Source: an uncultured Sulfurospirillum sp.
GTDB taxonomy: Bacteria; Campylobacterota; Campylobacteria; Campylobacterales; QNZT01
NCBI GenBank assembly: GCA_964501795.1
Contig: CAZCUH010000003.1
Span: forward strand, 1-30,965
DNA: 30,965 nucleotides
Reading direction: 5' to 3'
Shown here: positions 18,241 to 27,381 of the stretch, in pieces
Position numbering within the stretch: position 1 is the stretch's first letter
Layout of the letters: each line of letters opens with the position of its first letter
Translations under genes and position numbers: made by a program
The notes under the pieces: generated by a model
The model's database searches: none
What the model saw: the letters and a program-made list of their open reading frames with translations, nothing else
Told to the model about the DNA's origin: nothing

Positions 18241-18591
18241 TTACGCCCTCTTTTCTACAATTTCTCTACAAACTATACAATACCTCGCCTGAGGTTTTAC
18301 TTCCAATCTTGCTTTACCAATAGGTTCCTCACACATTTCACAAATGCCATAAGTACCATTTGAAATTTTAAAGAGTGCGTACTCTATCTCTTTAAGTTCT
18401 TTTTGCTGTTTGATATTTAATGCCTCTTCTATCGCTGTATCAGCTGAAATCGTAGCATAATCTGCTTCATCACTTGCCTCTGCAACTTTGAGACCATCGA
18501 TCTCTTTACTATTGTCATTAATATTCTTCAAAATCTGCTTTTGTCTCTCAAGCAACTTCTCTTTAATCTCTGAAAACTCTTCTTGTGACAT
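18241..18591 (-). CDS. dksA: RNA polymerase-binding factor DksA
   Basis: Coiled-coil tip DEADYA (DxxDxA) and C4 zinc finger YGICEMC...CIVC. Confidence 0.92.
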   Translation of the reverse strand: MSQEEFSEIKEKLLERQKQILKNINDNSKEIDGLKVAEASDEADYATISADTAIEEALNIKQQKELKEIEYALFKISNGTYGICEMCEEPIGKARLEVKPQARYCIVCREIVEKRA

Positions 18592-18612
18592 ACTGTCCCC
18601 CTCTTTTATGCC

Positions 18613-19068
18613 TTACTTGTGGTAAGGATGCTTATGGATTATGGTTAACGCACGATATATCTGTTCAAATAAAATAACTTTTGCAATCTTATGCGAAAAG
18701 GTTAATTGACTCAAACTAATAACCTTGTCTGCTTTTTTTAAAAAGCCCTCTTCAAAGCCGTATGCTCCAGCTATAAAGAAATTTAAAGATGTATTTATAG
18801 CAAAATTTTCTGAAAACTCAAAACTATCTACCTCTTTCCCTGCTGGATGCAAAGCGATATTGACCCCTTTCATATACGGTGAAAATGCCTCGCTATAAGC
18901 CTCTTTAGCCATTATAGCATCTCGATTTTGTGCTGAGGAGATTTTTTTATTAAATAATGCAATTTCATGAATTTGTGCATATTTTTGTATCATTTTTTTC
19001 TGATTGAGAATGATTTTAGAAAATTCATCTACATTTTTTTTCTCAATCGTATAGACATTTATTCTCAT
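18613..19068 (-). CDS. rlmH: 23S rRNA pseudouridine-1915 N3-methyltransferase
   Basis: SPOUT motifs FFIAGAYG, ISLSQLTFSHKIAKVILFEQIYRA, HPYHK. Confidence 0.95.
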   Translation of the reverse strand: MRINVYTIEKKNVDEFSKIILNQKKMIQKYAQIHEIALFNKKISSAQNRDAIMAKEAYSEAFSPYMKGVNIALHPAGKEVDSFEFSENFAINTSLNFFIAGAYGFEEGFLKKADKVISLSQLTFSHKIAKVILFEQIYRALTIIHKHPYHK

Positions 19069-19093
19069 TTAAAAGAGACCCGTGCCAAGTACG

Positions 19094-20011
19094 CTACGAT
19101 AAAAGATCATCTTCAACATAATCTTCTAGTCGTCTTCCTCTTTTACGCACATTGCGCGTATCATGATGACCTATTCTATAATCTAGAAAATGTAAGAGGT
19201 CGCCTACTGTATTTTTCATACGGCTTCGTCTCACTATCATATCCACGAATCCTTTTTCAAGTAAAAATTCAGCAGTTTGAAAGCCTTTTGGTAAATCTGC
19301 ACCAATAGTCTGCTTAATCACTCTTTGTCCTGCAAATCCTATCAATGCACCAGGCTCTGCGATGATAATATCTCCAAGCATCGCAAAGGAAGCACTCACA
19401 CCACCCATGGTAGGGTCGGTTAAAATGGATATAAATGGTAAGCCATTTTCTGAAAGTTTTTTTAATGCAGCAGAGGTTTTTGACATCTGTAAAAGTGAAA
19501 AAGTACTCTCTTGCATCCTTGCACCACCACTCGCAGAGACGATGATAAATCCTTCTCTCTTCTCAATAGCACGATGCACCGCTCGCACAATCTTTTCACC
19601 TTCAACAGAGCCTAAACTTCCTCCCATAAATTGGAAATCAAAGACTACTAATTGCACAGGTACTCCATTGATAGTGCACTCTCCTGAAATGACAGAAGAT
19701 TTTTTACCTGTCTTTTTCTCACTCTCTTCGACTCTTTTTTTATACGATTTTTTATCCACAAATTTTAGAGGATCAATAGGCGCTAAATTCCCATCCATCT
19801 CTACAAAACTACCTTCATCTACCAAGTATGTAATTCTCTCACTCGCAGAAATTCGCATATGATACTTGCATTTAGGACAGACTTGTAAAAGATTTTCTAC
19901 CTCTTTATAGTACATCAAAGCATTACAGTTTTTACACTTTACCCAATGACTTGGTGCCTCTGGTTGCTCTGGTTGTTTCCTAAAAGTGTTAAATATGTCA
20001 CCAAAATTCAT
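19094..20011 (-). CDS. accD: Acetyl-CoA carboxylase carboxyltransferase beta subunit
   Basis: WVKCKNC...VCPKC zinc finger, [40 protein letters not shown]. Confidence 0.98.
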   Translation of the reverse strand: MNFGDIFNTFRKQPEQPEAPSHWVKCKNCNALMYYKEVENLLQVCPKCKYHMRISASERITYLVDEGSFVEMDGNLAPIDPLKFVDKKSYKKRVEESEKKTGKKSSVISGECTINGVPVQLVVFDFQFMGGSLGSVEGEKIVRAVHRAIEKREGFIIVSASGGARMQESTFSLLQMSKTSAALKKLSENGLPFISILTDPTMGGVSASFAMLGDIIIAEPGALIGFAGQRVIKQTIGADLPKGFQTAEFLLEKGFVDMIVRRSRMKNTVGDLLHFLDYRIGHHDTRNVRKRGRRLEDYVEDDLLS

Positions 20012-20745
20012 GAGCGCTCCCCTAAAAGTATATTTTTTAAATCTTGAAATTGTTTTAAATCTTTGCAGATTAGTATAAGGTCATTATATTCATATTTGTA
20101 TAAATTTTCACACATAAAAAGACCTGCTTTAGAGTCATAATCACGCATTGGACCTTCAAAGATAACAAAATCTACACGATGGGCATATGCCAAGGAGAGT
20201 GCAGAAGCCCCAGGGATTCTATATTTTATCTGCGCGTCATACAGTTTTTTTGCATAATTTTGAGAACGGTATGCTCGCTCAAATATACCTACACTAGAAC
20301 AAGGGTTAATCACTTCATCTTTAAATATGATGCTATCAAGTTTTGCAACTTGAAACTGCTCTTTAGTCTTGACAAATATATCCCCATTTGCAAAATTAGA
20401 GATAATACCCACCAATACTTCTTCTTCAAATTCAAGCGCAATAGAAGCACCAAAGTATGGAATCTGTGAGAGAAAATTATCACTTCCATCAATAGGATCT
20501 AAAATGATATGATAGGCACCCTCACCTATCTCACCACTCTCTTCAGAATAGATTTTACCAAAAGAGCTTAGATGCTTGATAAATATCTTTTCAGCCATGA
20601 TATCAACCTCTCGGCTAACATCACCACCTGCACCAATCTCATATTTTTGACAAAGCGCCACATCAAAGCCACGCTCTATCTTTGCATATAGCTCTCTATT
20701 CGCCTCAATAACGGCGCTGATAAATGCTTTTATATCAATAATCAC
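20008..20745 (-). CDS. Inositol monophosphatase/FBPase-like family protein
   Basis: SEE and [10 protein letters not shown] motifs; GTG start after AGGA. Confidence 0.88.
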   Translation of the reverse strand: MIIDIKAFISAVIEANRELYAKIERGFDVALCQKYEIGAGGDVSREVDIMAEKIFIKHLSSFGKIYSEESGEIGEGAYHIILDPIDGSDNFLSQIPYFGASIALEFEEEVLVGIISNFANGDIFVKTKEQFQVAKLDSIIFKDEVINPCSSVGIFERAYRSQNYAKKLYDAQIKYRIPGASALSLAYAHRVDFVIFEGPMRDYDSKAGLFMCENLYKYEYNDLILICKDLKQFQDLKNILLGERS

Positions 20746-20751
20746 AAAATC

Positions 20752-22140
20752 CTATTTATGAAACAATTTTTTGGCAATAGCCTCTGCTGCTATCTTACCA
20801 TCTTGGGCTGCGGTAACGACCAAATCACTGCCTCTAAAACAGTCACCTCCTGCATAGATATAGGGTTTAGAAGTTTCTTGATTTTCATCAGCTACGATAC
20901 AACCCCACTTATCCATCTCAACACCATTTTCAGATAAAAATTTCGGTGAAGTATTGTTAAAGCCCAGTGCAAAGATCACAACATCAGCATCAACTCTAAA
21001 GCTACTATCTTCAACGATTTCTACGCGTTGTCTGCCTGATTCATCTTTTTGAGTGAGCATCGTTTTCTCCATCTCTATACCGATAACCTCACCTTCATCA
21101 TTGAGAAGCACCTCTTTAGGAGAAGCATAAAAGACAAATTCAGCCCCCTCTTCTTTTGCATTTTTAAACTCTTTTCTAGATCCTGGCATATTATGTCCAT
21201 CTCGACGATAGAGACACTTCACGGAGGCAGCACCTTCACGCAATGAAGTTCGGATACAGTCCATCGCCGTATCACCACCACCGATAACCACTACATTTTT
21301 ATTTTCTACACCAAAGCGATTATCATACTCTTCTTCAAAATGTTTCTTTTGGGTATTGATTAAAAAATCAATCGCGATATAAACACCCTTACCATTTTCT
21401 CCAGCGATATTTGCGCGTTTGGATGCCTCAGCACCGATACCTACAAAAACGGCATCATAATTTTCAGTTAACTCTTTAAAAGCGATATCTTTTCCCACTT
21501 CAACATTTAAAAAGAGTTTCATCCCCGCCTCTTCTAGCCATTTGAAACGACGAAATACTACCTCTTTTTCAAGCTTGAAACTAGGAATCCCATAAGTCAA
21601 TAAGCCACCAGGGCGACTTGCTTTTTCAAACATTTCAACCTGAATACCAGCGCGAAGTAGATATGTTGCGACAGAAAAACCCGCAGGTCCAGAACCCACA
21701 ATCGCCACTTTTTTATTGCTCATTTCATCGGCAAATTCTGGTCGCCATCCATTTTTAAATCCATTCTCAGAGATATAAGTCTCTACAGAACCAATCGTAA
21801 TCGCACCATAGCCATCTTGATGCAGCGTACAATCTCCCTCACAAAGTCTATCTTGTGGACAAATTCTTCCTGTAATCTCAGGAAAAGGGTTAGACTCATT
21901 GGAGAGTCTAAATGCCATATGCGAATCCTTATTTGCCACTGTTTTTAGCCATTGAGGAATATAGTTATGCAAAGGACACTTTACATGACAACCAGGATCA
22001 CCACACTGTACACAGCGATCAGCTTGGATTTCAGCCTCTACGGGCTTAAACACATTATAAATCTCTTTAAAATCTTTTTTTCTCTCGTTTGAACCTCTTT
22101 TTTCAGGCTCAATTCTCTCGACTTTTATAAAATTTTGCAT
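20752..22140 (-). CDS. gltD: Glutamate synthase small subunit
   Basis: RCVQCGDPGCHVKCP Fe-S motif, GRICPQDRLCEGDC, GSGPAG, GLLTYGIP, VIGGGDTAMDC. Confidence 0.97.
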   Translation of the reverse strand: MQNFIKVERIEPEKRGSNERKKDFKEIYNVFKPVEAEIQADRCVQCGDPGCHVKCPLHNYIPQWLKTVANKDSHMAFRLSNESNPFPEITGRICPQDRLCEGDCTLHQDGYGAITIGSVETYISENGFKNGWRPEFADEMSNKKVAIVGSGPAGFSVATYLLRAGIQVEMFEKASRPGGLLTYGIPSFKLEKEVVFRRFKWLEEAGMKLFLNVEVGKDIAFKELTENYDAVFVGIGAEASKRANIAGENGKGVYIAIDFLINTQKKHFEEEYDNRFGVENKNVVVIGGGDTAMDCIRTSLREGAASVKCLYRRDGHNMPGSRKEFKNAKEEGAEFVFYASPKEVLLNDEGEVIGIEMEKTMLTQKDESGRQRVEIVEDSSFRVDADVVIFALGFNNTSPKFLSENGVEMDKWGCIVADENQETSKPYIYAGGDCFRGSDLVVTAAQDGKIAAEAIAKKLFHK

Positions 22141-22141
22141 C

Positions 22142-25100
22142 TTAATCTCCCTCCTCAGGATTTAACGGCGCATTGGCTAAGTCTTTAGGTCGTATAATCC
22201 AAAAGTCTCGCAAAGTATGTCTAAAGTTATCCAAAATATATTGCGCTTTTTCACTCGATGTTTCATCGACATAATTTTTGAGTAATTTTTTGATGAAATG
22301 GCGCTCTTCATCACTCTCATCTGTATCAATTCTTTTAGCAGAAACAAGCTCTTGATTTAAATTATCGATAAAGTCATGATTTTCATCATAAACAAATGCA
22401 ACACCACCGGTCATACCAGCACCAAAATTCACACCAGTACGCCCCAATATCACAACTACGCCACCTGTCATATATTCACAAGGGTGATCACCTGTTCCCT
22501 CAACGATAGCCGTAGCCCCAGAATTTCTTACACAGAAACGCTCTCCAACAGATCCAGCGATATAGAGTTTTCCACCTGTCGCACCATAAAGACAGGTATT
22601 TCCTCCACAAGAAAATTTATCACTCTGTGTTTTAGGCGTGATGACTATCTTACCACCATGCATACCTTTACCGATATAATCATTACCAGCGCCATGAAGA
22701 TAAATCGAGATACCAGAACTCAAAAATGCCCCTAGCGACTGTCCTGCGACACCTTGGAGTTTAAAAGTGATACTATCATCAGCCAAACCTTTATTGCCAT
22801 AATACTTTGCAATCTCACCAGAGATTAGCGTTCCAAAACTTCTGTTGATATTTTCTATCTCTTTTTTCAGTACCATTTTTTCATTTGGATTGGAGATGAC
22901 TGGATAGACTTCTTTTAAAATCTCTTTCTCAAAGGCATTTTTATCAAAGGGTTCATTAGAAGTTCTTTGACAAGTATCCACACCATCTAGTCGCATCAAA
23001 ACAGATGAGAAATCAAACTTTTTCGCCATAGGATCATCAATCACTTTGAGCAAATCACTTCTTCCTATGATCTCTTCCATACTCTCATACCCCAAGTTTG
23101 CTAACATCTCACGCACATCTTCAGCAAGCAAGGTAAAGTAATTGACTACTCTATCTACAGTTCCTACAAAATGTTCTCTAAGCACTTCATCTTGTGTCGC
23201 AACACCGACTGTACATTTGTTGAGATGACAGATTCGCAGCATTCTGCATCCTACTAGTGTCAATGCCCCCGTACCAAAAGCGTAACTCTCCGCACCCAAC
23301 ATCGCTGCTTTGATGACATCTAGTCCCGTCTTGAGACCACCATCAGTTTGTAAATGTACCATCTCTCGAAGTCCATTGACCTTTAAAGCATTGTGCGCTT
23401 CAGTGAGTCCTAACTCCCAAGGATTACCCGCATATTTGATAGAAGTTAGTGGTGCAGCACCTGTACCACCATCACCACCAGAGATAATGATTTTATCTGC
23501 ATAGGATTTTGCAACACCTGCGGCAATTGTCCCTACACCTGCAGTTGATACCAGCTTCACTGTTACTGTTGCATCAGGATTGATCTGCTTCATATCAAAA
23601 ATAAGTTGTGCCAAATCTTCAATCGAATAGATATCATGATGAGGCGGTGGAGAGATCAATGTCACACCCGGCGTGGTATAGCGAAGGGATGCTATCAACG
23701 GTGTCACTTTATGACCTGGTAGCTGTCCACCCTCACCTGGTTTTGCCCCTTGTGCCACCTTAATCTGTATCTCTTCAGCAGAACGCAGATACTCAGGGGT
23801 CACACCAAATCGTCCAGAGGCAATCTGCTTGATTTTTGATCGATAAGAACTCTTTAAGCGAGAAGGCGCTTCTCCACCCTCACCACAGTTTGACTGTCCA
23901 CCAATACGATTCATCGCTTCACCCAAAGCTTCATGTGCTTCAGGAGAGATAGATCCAAGACTCATTGCAGCAGTTGCAAAACGCTTAAAAATCTTCTCAA
24001 TAGGCTCTACTTTATCGATAGAGATAGGTTTTCTATCAGAGGCAAACTCAAAGAAATCCCGAATCATCTTTTTATCACGATTATTGACCAAATCTTTAAA
24101 GGTATTATAATCTGCTTTATCATTAGAAATTGCTGCATCATGAATAGCATTGATTACCTTTGGTGAATAATCATGATACTCAAATCCTTCAAGATGCTTG
24201 TGAAAACCACCCAATTCTAGAGGGAAGAGTTTTTTGGTTCTATCTACCTCTAGTGCATTGGCATAGTCACGATTCAGTCGCGCTTCAATATCTTCATAAC
24301 CCAATCCCGAAATATAGACATGAGAATCTCTAAAACAGTCATCCATAATCTCTTGAGAGAGCCCAATCACATCAAAAAGTGATGAATTTCTATAAGAAGC
24401 AATCGTAGCGATACCCATCTTGGACATGATTTTTAAAAGCCCGCCATTGAGTGAAGCATGCACATTTTTAAACTTCTGTTTTTGCTCATAGCCTGAGAGA
24501 TTATTTTTCTTGCTCACTTCTAATACTGTAGCATAGAGAAGATAAGGGTAAATAGCATTGGCACCATAAGCAATCATCGTTGCACAAGAGTGTGAATCTA
24601 TCGCCTCTGCTGTCATCGCAATCGTAGAGGTTAAGTGTCTCAATCCTGCATCTAGCAAAGTTTGATTAAGACGACCAACCGCCATTGTCATAGGAATACT
24701 TTTCATATTTTCTTGATTACATCTATCATCCAAGATTATAATTCTCACACCATCATCTCTGACTGCTTTAATCACTCTATCGCTGAGTGCATCCAAAGAT
24801 TTTTTCAAATCTTTTTCAAACAAAGTAGAGAAAAATTCACTCTTGTAGTGTGCATTATATCTTGGATTTTCAGGGTCACCAAAAGCCCGCAATACTTGTA
24901 ACTTCTCTTCCATCAAGATAGGACTAATCGCTTTGAGACGAATCGCATGTTCTGGATCTTCTGCCAGGATATTTCTCACTTCTCCAAAACCAGTATTGAG
25001 ACTCATGACCACTCTTTCACGAATAGGATCAATAGGAGGATTGGTGACTTGTGCAAACTTTTGTTTAAAAAAGTCTGTGAAATTTCGTTGTTTTTGTGAA

Positions 25101-26581
25101 AATGCTGCCAATGGCGTATCATCACCCATTGAACCCGTATTTTCTTTGCCTTCATTCATCATCGGCGTAATCACCATATCGATGATTTCATGGGTTACAT
25201 TGAAAAATCGCTGTTTTTTAACAAGATTACTTATCTCATACTTTCTCGTATCTCCAAAAGGCAACTCAACATACTCTTGCAAATAAGTCATATTGTCATT
25301 GAGCCAATCTGCATAGTTGTTGGAGGATTTGAGATAATTGTCTATCTCATCACTTGTAAGTATTTTTCCAAACTTCAGATCAATACCCATCATCTCACCA
25401 CTTTGCAGTCTCCCTCTCTCTACGATATTCTCTTCATCAATTTTAAGGACACCATACTCACTTGATATGATAATTCTCTCATCTTTTGTAATGATATATT
25501 TTGCAGGACGAAGACCATTTCTATCTAAGACACATCCGATATAACGCCCATCAGTCAGACTCACCGCAGCAGGTCCATCCCATGCTTCAAAGCAAGTACT
25601 CATATACTCATAAAAGGCTCTTAAGTTAGAATCCATATGTGGCGCATTTTGCCAAGGTGCAGGAATCAATGCGCGTGCTGCTTTGAAAAAATCTACACCA
25701 TTTATCATCAAAAATTCAAACATATTATCTAGAGATCCACTATCACTCAAGTCATGTCTCGTAATAGGCAATAATTTTTTCATCTCTTTTTTTGAAAATA
25801 CTTTACTATCTATCCATTCACTTTTGGCTTGTACATTATAGCGGTTTGCCTCAACAGAGTTAATTTCTCCATTATGTGCGATAGTTCTAAAAGGCTGTGC
25901 TAATCGCCACTCTGGTAGTGTATTGGTAGAAAATCTTTGGTGAAAAAGAGCAAAGACAACTTTAAAATCCCGATTGGAAAGATCTTTATAAAATTGCTTG
26001 ATATGTGTAGGCATAATCAAGCCTTTATAAGAGATCACTGAGTTGGAGAAAGAGGGGATATAAAAGCGCTTATTTTCTCTAAATGCGCTCTCAATTTCGC
26101 GTCTTGTCATATAGAGTTGTGCTTCAAAGCGTTTGGTAGCAATAAGAGAATTTGGACTCACAAAAACTTGGCAAATCATTGGCAAACTCTCAAGCGCTTG
26201 TTCACCAAGTGCATCTGTATCTACTGGCACATCCCTGAATAGAAGCACTTTCAAGTCATTTTGTTCACAAATTTCTGTGATTTTATCTTTTTGGCTCTCT
26301 TCTTCTAAAAAAAGCATCCCTACTGCAAATTGATGTGGTAAATCCACTCCTTTTGCCTTTGCCTCTTTTTTCATAAACTCCACAGGCATAGAGAACAGAA
26401 GACCTGAACCATCCCCACTCTTACCATCCGCTGCGATAGCACCTCTATGCATCATCCTCTCTAGTGAGATAATAGCATCTTCAACATTTTCATGTGTTGG
26501 ATTGTTATTGATACTTGCAAGAAGTCCAAATCCACAGTTGTCTTTGAAACTTGTTAATATATCTAGATTATTGTTACTCAT
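22142..26581 (-). CDS. gltB: Glutamate synthase large subunit
   Basis: N-terminal CGFG amidotransferase start, HQRFSTNT, IKVAQGAKPGEGGQLPG, C..C..C..GVATQ cluster, GXGXG C-terminal domain. Confidence 0.99.
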   Translation of the reverse strand: MSNNNLDILTSFKDNCGFGLLASINNNPTHENVEDAIISLERMMHRGAIAADGKSGDGSGLLFSMPVEFMKKEAKAKGVDLPHQFAVGMLFLEEESQKDKITEICEQNDLKVLLFRDVPVDTDALGEQALESLPMICQVFVSPNSLIATKRFEAQLYMTRREIESAFRENKRFYIPSFSNSVISYKGLIMPTHIKQFYKDLSNRDFKVVFALFHQRFSTNTLPEWRLAQPFRTIAHNGEINSVEANRYNVQAKSEWIDSKVFSKKEMKKLLPITRHDLSDSGSLDNMFEFLMINGVDFFKAARALIPAPWQNAPHMDSNLRAFYEYMSTCFEAWDGPAAVSLTDGRYIGCVLDRNGLRPAKYIITKDERIIISSEYGVLKIDEENIVERGRLQSGEMMGIDLKFGKILTSDEIDNYLKSSNNYADWLNDNMTYLQEYVELPFGDTRKYEISNLVKKQRFFNVTHEIIDMVITPMMNEGKENTGSMGDDTPLAAFSQKQRNFTDFFKQKFAQVTNPPIDPIRERVVMSLNTGFGEVRNILAEDPEHAIRLKAISPILMEEKLQVLRAFGDPENPRYNAHYKSEFFSTLFEKDLKKSLDALSDRVIKAVRDDGVRIIILDDRCNQENMKSIPMTMAVGRLNQTLLDAGLRHLTSTIAMTAEAIDSHSCATMIAYGANAIYPYLLYATVLEVSKKNNLSGYEQKQKFKNVHASLNGGLLKIMSKMGIATIASYRNSSLFDVIGLSQEIMDDCFRDSHVYISGLGYEDIEARLNRDYANALEVDRTKKLFPLELGGFHKHLEGFEYHDYSPKVINAIHDAAISNDKADYNTFKDLVNNRDKKMIRDFFEFASDRKPISIDKVEPIEKIFKRFATAAMSLGSISPEAHEALGEAMNRIGGQSNCGEGGEAPSRLKSSYRSKIKQIASGRFGVTPEYLRSAEEIQIKVAQGAKPGEGGQLPGHKVTPLIASLRYTTPGVTLISPPPHHDIYSIEDLAQLIFDMKQINPDATVTVKLVSTAGVGTIAAGVAKSYADKIIISGGDGGTGAAPLTSIKYAGNPWELGLTEAHNALKVNGLREMVHLQTDGGLKTGLDVIKAAMLGAESYAFGTGALTLVGCRMLRICHLNKCTVGVATQDEVLREHFVGTVDRVVNYFTLLAEDVREMLANLGYESMEEIIGRSDLLKVIDDPMAKKFDFSSVLMRLDGVDTCQRTSNEPFDKNAFEKEILKEVYPVISNPNEKMVLKKEIENINRSFGTLISGEIAKYYGNKGLADDSITFKLQGVAGQSLGAFLSSGISIYLHGAGNDYIGKGMHGGKIVITPKTQSDKFSCGGNTCLYGATGGKLYIAGSVGERFCVRNSGATAIVEGTGDHPCEYMTGGVVVILGRTGVNFGAGMTGGVAFVYDENHDFIDNLNQELVSAKRIDTDESDEERHFIKKLLKNYVDETSSEKAQYILDNFRHTLRDFWIIRPKDLANAPLNPEEGD

Positions 26582-26611
26582 GCTCTTGTACCTTTGTAAA
26601 GAAAGTTTGAG

Positions 26612-26617
26612 ATTATA
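26612..26617 (-). promoter_or_regulatory. -10 box TATAAT upstream of gltB
   Basis: Plus-strand ATTATA is TATAAT on the minus strand, 30 nt upstream of the gltB start. Confidence 0.65.
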
Positions 26618-26690
26618 CTTAAAGTAAGGTTAGAAAGGAATAAAATGTGAAAACTAGAGCAAAAACTCCCTATTTTTAGGAGATTAAACC

Positions 26691-26714
26691 CTATCATGAT
26701 AGCTATCATGATAA
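26691..26714. repeat. Tandem copies CTATCATGATAG-CTATCATGATAA in the gltB/recO divergent intergenic region
   Basis: Read directly; 26692-26713 is a perfect 22-bp palindrome. Confidence 0.95.
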
Positions 26715-26752
26715 AGGCTCTTACAATAACAAAACTTAAAGTATCTTTTAGC

Positions 26753-26758
26753 TAAAAT
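26753..26758 (+). promoter_or_regulatory. -10 box TAAAAT upstream of recO
   Basis: GCTAAAAT with the recO ATG starting 6 nt later; no SD seen. Confidence 0.5.
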
Positions 26759-26763
26759 AAAAT

Positions 26764-27381
26764 ATGCAAGGTTATATCCTCAATATCAATAAAGTCAAAG
26801 ACGAAGACCTCATCGTCACTATCCTAACGGAGAATAGACTCAAGACCCTCTACCGTTTTTATGGAGCTCGCCATGCCAATATCAATCTAGGCTACAAGAT
26901 AGATTTTGAAGCTGTATCTTCCGCAAAATCTACCATTTCAATGCTGCGTGAAGTCCTACCACTTTCTGCAAAATGGATGCTTCAAAGCAATCGATTTTTT
27001 ATCTGGCAACAATTCATCAAACTGATGTTTAAACATCTTAAAGATGTCACTGACTTAGACCCCTTCTATTTTACGCTCCTCGAAGAGAGTGCTATCATGA
27101 TAGCCAAACAAAACCCCAAGCGTGTCATGATAGAGTCTTATCTACAACTTTTAGAGTATGAAGGACGACTTCATGACGATTTTCAATGTTTTATCTGTGA
27201 TGAGATGATAGAGTCTCACCTCGTGCTAGCTAGAAGTTTTCTGCCCGCACATCAAGCTTGTGTCTATGGAAGTGTGCTTGAGAAGCAAAAGATTACACAG
27301 CTCTTTTCTAGTAAATCTACCCTCTATCTTGAAGATGCTGAGGTTGAACATCTATGGCAACTGCTCCTAGAAGGCTTTTAA
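26764..27381 (+). CDS. recO: Campylobacterota-type DNA repair protein RecO
   Basis: MQGYIL...VKDEDLIVTILT...LYRFYGARHA.INLGYKIDFE N-terminus; YLQLLEYEGRLH; CFIC...HQAC zinc site. Confidence 0.9.
   Translation: MQGYILNINKVKDEDLIVTILTENRLKTLYRFYGARHANINLGYKIDFEAVSSAKSTISMLREVLPLSAKWMLQSNRFFIWQQFIKLMFKHLKDVTDLDPFYFTLLEESAIMIAKQNPKRVMIESYLQLLEYEGRLHDDFQCFICDEMIESHLVLARSFLPAHQACVYGSVLEKQKITQLFSSKSTLYLEDAEVEHLWQLLLEGF
27092..27103. repeat. Iterated palindrome CTATCATGATAG, exact copy inside recO (extends to 14-bp GCTATCATGATAGC)
   Basis: Read directly. Confidence 0.95.

Noticed and set aside
26667-26683. Short hairpin CTCCCTA-TTTT-TAGGAG in the gltB/recO intergenic region
   Set aside because: The stem is weak and bulged, with no U-tract and no nearby start codon for the AGGAG; no role can be supported.
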